Below are positions 56,154 through 64,000 of a DNA stretch of 64,000 nt, piece by piece. The translations under genes were made by a program, and so were the position numbers. Numbering within the stretch: position 1 is the first letter of the stretch; the number at the start of each line of letters is the position of its first letter. The stretch lies in assembly GCA_964526295.1 (NCBI GenBank), contig CAZGKW010000012.1:30643-94642 (forward strand), read 5' to 3'. The notes below the pieces were generated by a model. The model was not told the origin of the DNA and searched no databases. It saw nothing but the letters and a program-made list of their open reading frames with translations. This stretch comes from an uncultured Anaerolineales bacterium (GTDB taxonomy: Bacteria; Planctomycetota; Phycisphaerae; FEN-1346).

Positions 56154-57341
56154 TCAGTCCACCACCCGCCCGTTCTTGTACGCCGTGCCCCGCCAGTGTA
56201 CCCGCGCCAGGCCCGCCACCTGCGCGACGGCCGCCCCCAGCATCGCCAGCACCACCCCCATCACCGCCGGGTACAGGAGGACGTACCACCCGTTGACGCG
56301 GCCGATGACGTACGCGCAGCGGACCGTGACGAGGAGGGCCCCCGTCGCGACGAGCGCCAGGACGAAGCACGCCCACAGCCACGTCCCCCCTGCCCCGGCG
56401 GCCAGGGCGACACCCGTCCCCGCCAGTCCCGCCACCGGCAGCACCGAGAACAGGAGGATCATCACGATCGCCGCCGCCAGGAACGGCACCGACCGGAACG
56501 TCCCGGCGTAGATCCGCGTCCATCCGTGCCACAGGGCCTTCAGGCTCTCGTACATCCGCGTCCGATACAGGTCGCCCCCCACGCCGTTGAGCAGCCGATG
56601 GCCCGACCCCTTCACCGCACGGGCCAAGGCCACGTCCTCGGCCAGCTCGTCCTTGACCCCCTCCCACCCGCCGACCGCCCCGTACACCCCGCGACGGATG
56701 AGCAGGTACTGGCCGCACGCGAACGCCGTGGGCCATTTGGGGCTGTTCACGCGGCTGGGTCGGAACCAGACGGCGATGATCGCCGCCGCCACCGGTTCGA
56801 TGGCGTTCTCCCAGAACCCCCGCATCTCCAGCACCGGCCACAGGCTCAGGCAGTCCGCCTCCCGGGCGATCAGAAAGCCCAGCCCCGCCCGGACGGCGTG
56901 CGGCTCCAGGCGGCAGTCGGCGTCCACGAACAGGAGATAGTCCCCCCGGGCCGCCTCCGCCCCGACCGACAGGGCGTGCGGCTTGCCGAACCACCCCTCC
57001 GGCAGCGACTCGACCTCGATCATCCGGACCCGCTCGTCGCGGGCGGCCGTCTCGCGGACGATCTCGGCCGTCCGGTCCGTCGACCGGTCGCTGACGACGA
57101 TCACTTCCAGGTGCCGGTAGGCCTGGGCCAGGATCGTCTCCAGGGCCGCCCCGATGTTGGCCTCCTCGTCCTTGGCCGGCACGATGATCGACACCAGGCC
57201 GGCATCGCGGAGGTCGGCGTAGGAATCGCGCCCGAGGACCGGCCCCATGGCCTCGACGGCGTAGACGCCGATGGCCCGGACGATCCACATCAGGGCGTTC
57301 AGGGCCAGCAGGACGAGCAGGATCCATTGGGGGATGGTCAC
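56154..57341 (-). CDS. Membrane-embedded family 2 glycosyltransferase.
   Basis: VSIIVPAKDEEANIGAALETI..VIVVSDRSTDRT..FVDADC (the DXD motif). N-terminal and C-terminal TM helices. Confidence 0.75.
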   Translation of the reverse strand: MTIPQWILLVLLALNALMWIVRAIGVYAVEAMGPVLGRDSYADLRDAGLVSIIVPAKDEEANIGAALETILAQAYRHLEVIVVSDRSTDRTAEIVRETAARDERVRMIEVESLPEGWFGKPHALSVGAEAARGDYLLFVDADCRLEPHAVRAGLGFLIAREADCLSLWPVLEMRGFWENAIEPVAAAIIAVWFRPSRVNSPKWPTAFACGQYLLIRRGVYGAVGGWEGVKDELAEDVALARAVKGSGHRLLNGVGGDLYRTRMYESLKALWHGWTRIYAGTFRSVPFLAAAIVMILLFSVLPVAGLAGTGVALAAGAGGTWLWACFVLALVATGALLVTVRCAYVIGRVNGWYVLLYPAVMGVVLAMLGAAVAQVAGLARVHWRGTAYKNGRVVD

Positions 57342-57348
57342 GGGCGAC

Positions 57349-58590
57349 TCACTCGCTCTGGGCGGACGCAGGCTGGGACGAAGCGGCGGCGGGCGGCTTC
57401 CCGGTAAGCACCTCCTCCGCCGGACGGGCCGCCAGGGCCGCCTCGAAAACCTTCAGGAACGGAACGCCGGCCTCCCGGGCCAGCCGCCGGCAATCCTCGT
57501 ACTCGGGACGGGCCGCGACGGTCCGCCCGCCCCGGCGGCCGACCTTGACCCGCACCTGGCCGTAGGGCGTCGCGACCGTGACGGGCCCCCGCCGAAGCTT
57601 CGTCCGCTCCACGAGCGTCCGGCGGACGCCGAAGGTCGCCGTATGACTAAACATATCTCTCTCTACTTCCGCCCACCTGGACGGCGGCGCGAGGCACGAA
57701 AGGACGACGCCCGGCCGGCCCTTCTTCATCGTCGCCGGGGTCATCCAGACGTCCAGGGCCCCCGCCTCGAACAGCGCCTCGGCCGCCGCCCCGAGCGTCT
57801 CGCCCGTCGCGTCGTCCAGGTTCGCCTCCAGGAGCCAGACGGCGTCGGCGTCGGCCCCCTCGGCCGCGGCGGACGGCCCGAGGAGGACCCGGACGACGTT
57901 CGGCAGCCGCTCGCCCTGGCGCGATCCCGCCCCGTAGCCGACCGCCTCGATCGTCATCGGCGGCGACGGACCGAACGCGTCCGCCAGCGTCGAGACGAGG
58001 GCGGCACCGGTCGGCGTGGTCAGCTCGCCCTGCTCCTCGCCCGGCCGCGTCGGGACGCCCTTCAAAAGCTCCACCGTGGCCGGCGCCGGCACCGGCAGAC
58101 GCCCGTGGGCCGTCTCGATCGTCCCGGACCCGAGCGGCACGGGGCCGCAGACGATTCGCTCCACGCCCAGCAGCGCCAGGCCCGTGCACGTCCCGACAAT
58201 GTCGACAATCGAGTCGACCCCGCCGACCTCGTGGAAGTGGACCCGGTCGGGCGTCGTGCCGTGGACCTTCGCCTCGGCCTCGGCCAGGCGGCGGAAGACG
58301 GCGAGGGCCCGCCCGTCCGCGCCCGGCGGCAGGTCCGCCCGGCGGACGATCTCTTCGACGTCGGCCAGGTGCCGATGCGGCCCGTCCGCTGCCGGACCGG
58401 GCGTGACGACCAACCGCGTCGCAGCCAGGGCGCGGCGCTTCTCCCGGCGGACGTCGATCTCGTAACCCGTTATGGGCAAAGCCCTTAGCACGCTGCGCAG
58501 CGGCCCCTCCTCCAGGCCCGCATCCAGCAGGGCCGCCAGGAGCATGTCGCCCGCCACGCCGCAAAACGGATCAATATATAATGTATGCAT
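57349..58590 (-). CDS. larC: LarC (DUF111) nickel-pincer cofactor biosynthesis / nickel insertion protein.
   Basis: MHTLYIDPFCGVAGDMLLAALLDAG..HFHEVGGVDSIVDIVG..TTPTGAAL matches the TIGR00299/LarC pattern. Confidence 0.75.
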   Translation of the reverse strand: MHTLYIDPFCGVAGDMLLAALLDAGLEEGPLRSVLRALPITGYEIDVRREKRRALAATRLVVTPGPAADGPHRHLADVEEIVRRADLPPGADGRALAVFRRLAEAEAKVHGTTPDRVHFHEVGGVDSIVDIVGTCTGLALLGVERIVCGPVPLGSGTIETAHGRLPVPAPATVELLKGVPTRPGEEQGELTTPTGAALVSTLADAFGPSPPMTIEAVGYGAGSRQGERLPNVVRVLLGPSAAAEGADADAVWLLEANLDDATGETLGAAAEALFEAGALDVWMTPATMKKGRPGVVLSCLAPPSRWAEVERDMFSHTATFGVRRTLVERTKLRRGPVTVATPYGQVRVKVGRRGGRTVAARPEYEDCRRLAREAGVPFLKVFEAALAARPAEEVLTGKPPAAASSQPASAQSE

Positions 58591-58684
58591 GGAGCGTCGC
58601 TCCGCGGCGGCCGGGGGATTATAGGCGCCGCCGGACCGGCCGTGCCAAGGAAAACGCGGACCCGGTTGACCGGCGGGCCCGCCC

Positions 58685-59497
58685 TCAGGGCGACGCCGCG
58701 TCGGCCGACCCCCTGCCCTTCCCGGGCCGATCGGACCCCGGCGCCCCCTCGCCGTCCGCCTCGGCGGCGGCCTTGGCGTGCATCTCCTTGACGGCCTTCG
58801 CGTAGGCCGGCTTGCCGAAGACGACGCGGCGGATGTAGAGGAGGTCCTCCAGCGTCCCGCCGATCGGCCCCTTCTGCCGCTTGTGCAGGACCCACCGCTC
58901 GGTCTCGCCTTCCCGGGTGACATAGAGCGGCTGGCCGAGGATGTGGCCCGTGATGACGTGGTCGTTGCGGAGCGTCAGCCGCCAGGCGAGCATCCGGGCC
59001 GGGTACGTCCGGCCCGAGTAGACCTTCTCCGGGCTGCCGGCCTCCTTGAACCGCCACTGCCTCTCGATGCGTTCCCACTCGACGACGGCCTCGATCGACT
59101 TGATCGCCGGCACCGGGACGTGCTCGTCCAATCTCCGCTCGAGGTTGTGGACATCCAGCCGCTTGGCCCGCGTCGTGTAAATCTTGCCGGGCACCTTCCG
59201 GCCGTCCGACAGCTCGATGTAACCCGGCACCGCATCGCGTCGCAGGACGCTCGCCTCAAGGCCGAACGGGCTGGCCGGCGAGCGGCCGGACGCATCGTCG
59301 TCGTCGTCCTCCTCCTCGGGCCAATCGATAAACGTGATGTCGGGCCCGGCGGCAGGCCGGGCACCGTCCGGCTTCTCCGGCGCCTCGGCGGCCGGCGCGT
59401 CCTCCTGGGCCTCGGCCGCCGACCCTTCGCCGACCATGCCCGAGGCGGCGAGCGCCAAGGCCAGGGCTGTGGCAACCGGCAGCAGACGTCTCGGCAT
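58685..59497 (-). CDS. Secreted acidic hypothetical protein.
   Basis: Signal peptide MPRRLLPVATALALALAASGMVG and a poly-Asp stretch EEEDDDDDA. No family recognised. Confidence 0.4.
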   Translation of the reverse strand: MPRRLLPVATALALALAASGMVGEGSAAEAQEDAPAAEAPEKPDGARPAAGPDITFIDWPEEEDDDDDASGRSPASPFGLEASVLRRDAVPGYIELSDGRKVPGKIYTTRAKRLDVHNLERRLDEHVPVPAIKSIEAVVEWERIERQWRFKEAGSPEKVYSGRTYPARMLAWRLTLRNDHVITGHILGQPLYVTREGETERWVLHKRQKGPIGGTLEDLLYIRRVVFGKPAYAKAVKEMHAKAAAEADGEGAPGSDRPGKGRGSADAASP

Positions 59498-59681
59498 CGC
59501 GTAGGCTCCTCCGCACGGAATCATACCCCGCTTCGACCGGCGACGCAAGCTGCCCGTTGTGAGCAAGGCCGCTCGCAGACCGGCGGCGCGCGCCGCACGG
59601 GCGCCATTCCTCGTCAAGCCGGCGACCGCGGACCGGGCCGCCGCTTGACACCTTCCCGTCCCCCGCCGATACTCTCGCCCC

Positions 59682-60326
59682 ATGACCCGGCAGCGGATCG
59701 GCATCCTGGGCGGCACGTTCGACCCCGTCCACTACGGGCACGTCATCCCCGCCCAGTACGCCTTCAACGAGTGGCGGCTGGACCGGCTGCTTCTGGTGCC
59801 TGCCGACTCGCCGGTCCATCGCCCGCGTCACGAGCCGGCGCCGGCCGAGGACCGGCTCCGGATGTGCGAGCTGGCCGCCGCCCCCCTGCCCCGGTTCGAG
59901 GTCTCCGACGTCGAGGTCGCCCGGCCGGAGCCGAGCTACACCGTCCTGACGCTCCAGGACTTCCGTGAGCGGTTCGGGCCGGAGGCGGAGCTGGTCGTGC
60001 TGGTGGGCGAGGACAACCTGCCGCAGCTCCACACGTGGAGGCGGATCGGCGAGGTCCTCGACCTGGCCACGGTCGTGCCGCTGCCTCGGCCCGTGGATGA
60101 GCAGATCGATCTGGGTCCCCTGCGGGACCATCTGGGCGAGGAGGTCGTGGACGAGCTTCTGGCCCGGCGGGTGCACGCCCCGCTCGTTCCGATCAGCGGC
60201 ACCCGGATACGGCGGCTGCGAGCGGCGGGCGAGCAGATCACCGGCCTGGTGCCCGAGGCGGTAGAACGGTACATAACGACCCGAGGCCTGTATGCGGAGG
60301 GGCCTGGAAGGCAGCCGGAGGGCTGA
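59682..60326 (+). CDS. nadD: Nicotinate-nucleotide adenylyltransferase.
   Basis: GILGGTFDPVHYGHV is the HxGH nucleotidyltransferase motif. ISGTRIR lies near the C-terminus. Confidence 0.85.
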   Translation: MTRQRIGILGGTFDPVHYGHVIPAQYAFNEWRLDRLLLVPADSPVHRPRHEPAPAEDRLRMCELAAAPLPRFEVSDVEVARPEPSYTVLTLQDFRERFGPEAELVVLVGEDNLPQLHTWRRIGEVLDLATVVPLPRPVDEQIDLGPLRDHLGEEVVDELLARRVHAPLVPISGTRIRRLRAAGEQITGLVPEAVERYITTRGLYAEGPGRQPEG

Positions 60327-60591
60327 TTGGATCTGTTTGCGCTACCCTGACGTGGTCTCTTGCGGTCGGCTGACTATGCACGGCAACGCGATGGAAGGGG
60401 CCGTTCAGACGAGTCTGCGACAGGGGCGGAGGCAGGGCGAGTGGAGTCCTGCGGGTGAGGCGTGTCGAATAGCCGCCGGCCGACGACGCGCGGGGCCGTG
60501 GCTCAGTCTCGGGCAGTCGGTGGCTTGGGTCGGCGGCATGGGGGCGGAGGGTCGTTGGCGTCTTGGTGGCCAGGGCGTCGCCTGCCCGGGG

Positions 60592-60651
60592 GCCCTGCAC
60601 ATTTTTTGTGCAATGTTCCACGTGGAACATCGCACAAAAAACGTGCAGGGC
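60592..60651. repeat. 60-bp AT-rich near-perfect palindrome (2 A·C mismatches) between the convergent nadD and parB. Candidate bidirectional terminator that embeds parS.
   Basis: CCTGCACATTTTTTGTGCAATGTTCCACGTGGAACATCGCACAAAAAACGTGCAGG. Confidence 0.8.
60614..60629. promoter_or_regulatory. parS: parS centromere-like site (ParB binding).
   Basis: TGTTCCACGTGGAACA is a perfect palindrome. It matches the tGTTNCACGTGAAACa parS consensus at 15/16 positions and lies ~65 bp past the parB stop. Confidence 0.8.
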
Positions 60652-60691
60652 AGGGCGAGCCCCGGCCGGAGCCGAACCGACGTGACGACGC

Positions 60692-61579
60692 TCAGCTTGG
60701 ACGGCCGCGAAGCACCCGCAGGATGCGGTCCAGATCATCCGCGGAGTAGAATTCGATCGTGATCCGGCCCGAACCCGGCTTCCTCCCTTCCTTCACGTCC
60801 ACCTTGGTCCCCAGCACCTCCCGCAGACGCGTCTCGACGGCCCGCACGTGGGGAGACTTCGGAGGCCGGGCGCGGGCCTGGATCCGCCGCTTTCCAGCGA
60901 ACCCCGCCGCCACGAGCTGCTCGATCTGCCGCACGCTCAGGCCCTCCCGGGCGGCCCGCTGGGCCAGCGATACCTGACGCGCGGGGTCCCGGAGGGTCAG
61001 CAGGGCCCGGGCATGGCCCATCGCCACACGCCCGCTCCGAATGAGCGACCGAACGTCCTCGGGCAACTCCAGCAGCCGAACGAAGTTCGAGATGCTCGCG
61101 CGGTCGATGCCCAGCCGCTTCGACGCCTGGTCCTGGGTCTGCGACGTCGTGTCCAGATACGCCTGGAAACTCTCGGCCTTCTCGATGGGGTCGAGGTCCT
61201 CTCGCTGGAGGTTCTCGATGAGGGCGATCTCGAGCATCTCCTGGTCGCGGACGTCGCGGACGACGACGGGCACCTCGGCCAGGCCGGCTGCCTGGGCCGC
61301 CCGCAGCCGCCGCTCGCCGGCCACCACCTGATATCGCTCGCCGTGGGGCCGTACGACGAGGGGCTGAAGGACCCCGTGCTGGCGGATCGAGTCGGCCAGA
61401 CGGCCCAGCTCCTCGGCGTCGAAGCCCCGCCGCGGCTGGTGCGGGTTCGGGTCGATCAGCTCAACCGGCAGGGCCGTCGAGGGGAGGGGCCGCTCGGGGG
61501 CCTCGCCGGGCGACGCCTCGGCGGCGCCGATCGATTCCATCAGGCCGTCCAGGCCGCGTCCGAGCTTGCGTTCAGCCAT
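60692..61579 (-). CDS. parB: Chromosome partitioning protein ParB/Spo0J.
   Basis: LIDPNPHQPRRGFD..GERRLRAAQAAGL..VVVRD (ParB box) and an HTH. The start overlaps the parA stop. Confidence 0.9.
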   Translation of the reverse strand: MAERKLGRGLDGLMESIGAAEASPGEAPERPLPSTALPVELIDPNPHQPRRGFDAEELGRLADSIRQHGVLQPLVVRPHGERYQVVAGERRLRAAQAAGLAEVPVVVRDVRDQEMLEIALIENLQREDLDPIEKAESFQAYLDTTSQTQDQASKRLGIDRASISNFVRLLELPEDVRSLIRSGRVAMGHARALLTLRDPARQVSLAQRAAREGLSVRQIEQLVAAGFAGKRRIQARARPPKSPHVRAVETRLREVLGTKVDVKEGRKPGSGRITIEFYSADDLDRILRVLRGRPS

Positions 61580-62336
61580 CGTCGGGACTCCTTGGTGCGA
61601 GCGGGCCGCCGGCACAGGCCAGCTCCAGACCCAGTTCGGCATAGGCCCGGGCCCCGGGCGAGCGCGGGGCGTAGTCGATGACCGACAGGCAGTGGCTCGG
61701 CGCCTCGGCCACCGCCGGGTCGCGGGGGATGACGGTGCGAAGGACCGGCTCGTCGAGCTTTCCCCGGACCTCGGTCTCGACCTCGCGGGTCAGCTCGGCT
61801 GCCGGGTCGTACATCGTGAACAAGACGCCCGCGACGGCGGGGCGGTGCGTCCGGGCCCGGGCCCGGCGGACGGCCCCCAGGAGCTGGACGAGCCCCTCGA
61901 GCGGATAGTACTCGCACTGGATGGGGATGAGGACGAAGTCGCCGGCGGCCAGGGCGCTTCGCGTCAGCGGCCCCAGGGAAGGGGGGCAGTCGACGAGGAC
62001 GACGTCGAAGCGGGCCGAGGCGGTGCGGGCCAGGTTCTCGCGGAACGTCGCCGGCGTGGCCCGGTCTGCTAGGCCCTCAAGGTCGCGCCCGGCCGGCAGA
62101 CAGTGGACCCCGTGCCACTCGGTTTCGACCGGGGCGGCGGCCTCGCTCGGCGGGGCGAAGGCCGGGCTCCGACCGGCGACGCTCGCACCCACGCCGCTGG
62201 TGGCGTTGCCTTGGGGGTCGACGTCGACCAGGAGGACGCGGCGGCCCATCAGGCCCAGGACGTGGGCCAGGGTGGTGGCGGTGGTGGTCTTCCCGACGCC
62301 GCCCTTCTGGTTGGCTACCGCGACGGTGATCGGCAC
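61572..62336 (-). CDS. parA: Chromosome partitioning ATPase ParA/Soj.
   Basis: VPITVAVANQKGGVGKTTTATTLA is the deviant Walker A. The start is probably the GTG near 62336. The ORF is open to a TTG at 62447, through a C10 tract. Confidence 0.85.
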   Translation of the reverse strand: MPITVAVANQKGGVGKTTTATTLAHVLGLMGRRVLLVDVDPQGNATSGVGASVAGRSPAFAPPSEAAAPVETEWHGVHCLPAGRDLEGLADRATPATFRENLARTASARFDVVLVDCPPSLGPLTRSALAAGDFVLIPIQCEYYPLEGLVQLLGAVRRARARTHRPAVAGVLFTMYDPAAELTREVETEVRGKLDEPVLRTVIPRDPAVAEAPSHCLSVIDYAPRSPGARAYAELGLELACAGGPLAPRSPDDG

Positions 62337-62946
62337 GTGGCCCTCCGACGGGGGATTGTATCGCGCGGGGCAGGGGACGCAACGGCAAATCGGGTCGGCC
62401 CCCCCCCCGCGGACGGGGCCGAGCGGAAGCGCACACCCCCGGCTCAAGGTTATGGGACGTTGCGAAGCCGAGCGCGCGGGGACACGCCCGGCGAAGGACC
62501 GAAGGGCCCGAAAGCTATTGAGGACGGTAGAGGTAAGGTCACAAGTGCGGTGGGAGCCCGACTTGCTAAAGTGGCAGTTTCGGACCCAATTTGGGCACTT
62601 TTTCGGCCCCGCAGTGTCTCGCCATGTGCGACATTGGCAACACCGTCCTTAATAAGAGCGCCTGTCGGAATGAAACCGGGGGGCGCCGCCGGTTGCGACG
62701 TACGCCGGGACCCGCCACTGGACGGGCAGGCAAGCTGCCCGTGGGGCTCGTGCCGCGAGTTCTAAGGAGGTGGGCTGCCGGGCCGTCAGGGGAGCGACGC
62801 GCAGTTGGAGGCCAGGAGAGGTGGCCGGGCCTGTGCGGGGAGGAAACGGGTCTTCGTTGCCCCTTGCGGCTGGGGCCGGCGTGGGGTAACCTTGGCTTGC
62901 GAAAGAAGGCCGGCCGTACGGGCCGACACGGAATGAAGGGCGCAGC

Positions 62947-63225
62947 GTGGCCGGCAGGAGGCATGTACATTACTCTGGGATGGTCCAGGGCGTCGGGTTT
63001 CGCTACGCCGCCGTCCGGGCCGCCGCCGACCTCGACGTGACCGGCTTCGTCCGGAACCTCTCCGACGGGCGGGTCGAGCTGGTCGCCGAGGGCGACCCCG
63101 GACAGATCGAGGAGCTCCTTTCGCGGATCGACCGCCGGATGGGGGGCCATATCCGCGAAAAACAGGTGGCCGACGAACCGCCCACGGCCGAGTTCGCCGG
63201 CTTCGACGTCAAGTACACGCGGTAG
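62947..63225 (+). CDS. acyP: Acylphosphatase.
   Basis: VHYSGMVQGVGFRYAA..GFVRNLSDGRVELVAEG carries the acylphosphatase signatures. Confidence 0.8.
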   Translation: MAGRRHVHYSGMVQGVGFRYAAVRAAADLDVTGFVRNLSDGRVELVAEGDPGQIEELLSRIDRRMGGHIREKQVADEPPTAEFAGFDVKYTR

Positions 63226-63402
63226 GGCGGCCCAGGAACCGGGGCAGGAAGGAGCGGGGCCGGTCGTGACGGAGGGCAGGGCGGCCCGAGTCGTGCGCCG
63301 CCTGCGTTTGTCGGGGCCTCAGCTCCGGGGACACGCCGCCCGAGCCAGGGCAGGCGGGTCGCCCCCCGGCCGGGGGCGGCCGCGGCACAGCGCCAGGGCA
63401 CT

Positions 63403-64000
63403 ATGCGACTGTTCGGCGTCATCCTGAACACGTTCCGCGAGACGGTGCGGCAGGCGGTTTATCTGCTGCTGCTGCTGGCGGGCCTCGGGGTGGTGCTGGG
63501 GACGCTCCCGATGCCGCTTTTCACCTTCGCACAAGATACGGACATGTACAAGGAGCTTGGCCTCGCGTTCGTCCTGTTCTTCGTCCTGCTGGCGGGGCTG
63601 CTGGCGGCGGCGACGGGCATCGCCCGCGAGGTCGAGGACAAGACCGCCCACACGGTCCTGTCGAAGGCCCTCGGACGGGGGACCTTCATCCTGGGCAAGT
63701 ACCTGGGGGTGCTGGCGGCGGTGGCCCTGGCGACCCTGGTCCTGGGGGTCGTGTTTGTCGCGTCGGTCTACTATCGGGTGAAGCTCGACGCGGGTGTTCT
63801 GGAGCGCCCGTACGCCCACGCCGGGATCGGCCGCGAGATCGAGGCCTTCCGTGCCCGACAGATATACCAGGCCCTGACGGTCGTGCCGGGCCTGGCGCTG
63901 GTGTTCCTCCAGGTGTCGGTGCTGGCGGCGGTGGCGACGGCGCTGTCGACGCGGCTCTCGACGGCCGCCAGCGTCGGCTTGGGGCTGGGGGCGTTCCTGG
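63403..64000 (+). CDS. ABC-2 type transporter permease (GldF/NosY-like), 3'-truncated at the window end.
   Basis: Read directly from the sequence: MRLFGVILNTFRETVRQAVYLLLLLAGLGVV..TGIAREVEDKTAHTVLSKALGRGTFILGKYLGVLAAVALATLVLGVVFVAS.. It is absent from the ORF track because no stop codon falls inside the window. Confidence 0.55.
   Translation, partial: MRLFGVILNTFRETVRQAVYLLLLLAGLGVVLGTLPMPLFTFAQDTDMYKELGLAFVLFFVLLAGLLAAATGIAREVEDKTAHTVLSKALGRGTFILGKYLGVLAAVALATLVLGVVFVASVYYRVKLDAGVLERPYAHAGIGREIEAFRARQIYQALTVVPGLALVFLQVSVLAAVATALSTRLSTAASVGLGLGAFL

Noticed and set aside
60480-60560. A tRNA-like start (GCGCGGGGCCGTGGCTCAGTC) in the nadD–parB spacer.
   Set aside because: No complementary acceptor/D/T stems or a GTTCGA T-loop could be formed. 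The resemblance to the tRNA 5' consensus is superficial.
60238-60762. Two overlapping ORFs (60238..60738 − and 60292..60762 +) that both encode H(I/V)FCAMFHVEH(R/C)TKNVQG.
   Set aside because: The symmetric peptides arise from translating the 60-bp palindrome and parS in both directions. The region is non-coding.

Overview
This is a 64 kb window of very GC-rich (~70%) DNA, most likely from a Planctomycetota-like chromosome. Roughly 4.4–8.7 kb of antisense frames stay open through this GC bias, so the long ORFs running opposite the annotated genes are artefacts.

Gene content, 5' to 3':
- Three and a half tandem or dispersed paralogs of a secreted PA14/CHB_HEX_C-type protein family (1–4401, 12169–13563).
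- An FG-GAP/VCBS protein.
- A convergent GT-C-like membrane protein plus GT2 glycosyltransferase pair.
- A two-beta-helix GH55-like hydrolase, followed by a sugar ABC importer (permease, permease, substrate-binding protein).
- ltaE and a DedA-family gene.
- A ~27 kb block of about 26 tightly spaced minus-strand genes (20720–47289), many of them translationally coupled through overlapping start and stop codons. It reads, in transcription order: secreted and PEP-CTERM proteins, a TPR lipoprotein, a TonB-dependent receptor, a TonB2-type energiser (DUF3450/TtpB-like, long TtpC-like MotA/TolQ/ExbB, ExbB, a small TM protein, two ExbD, TonB, a TtpD-like TPR protein), then a complete T2SS-like apparatus (secretin, GspE, GspF, pseudopilins G–K, an accessory protein, GspL, GspM, a TPR lipoprotein).
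- A DUF2062-like fusion protein.
- An AT-rich repeat region (49.7–51.9 kb). It holds three copies of a 91-bp composite double-hairpin element; a fourth copy sits inside the ABC operon at 16.1 kb. The copies bracket a lower-GC insert that carries a hypothetical secreted protein and a truncated snapalysin-like metalloprotease.
- Housekeeping genes: PDZ/alpha-toroid protein, DUF1080, GT2, larC, nadD.
- parB and parA with a perfect palindromic parS (TGTTCCACGTGGAACA) embedded in a 60-bp palindrome, then acyP and a 3'-truncated ABC-2 permease.

The most interesting leads are the fused TonB-dependent-receptor/TonB2/T2SS supercluster and the novel palindromic repeat family with its associated island.

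All calls rest on reading the six-frame translations and the sequence directly; no searches were run. Gene starts are approximate to within a few codons where noted.
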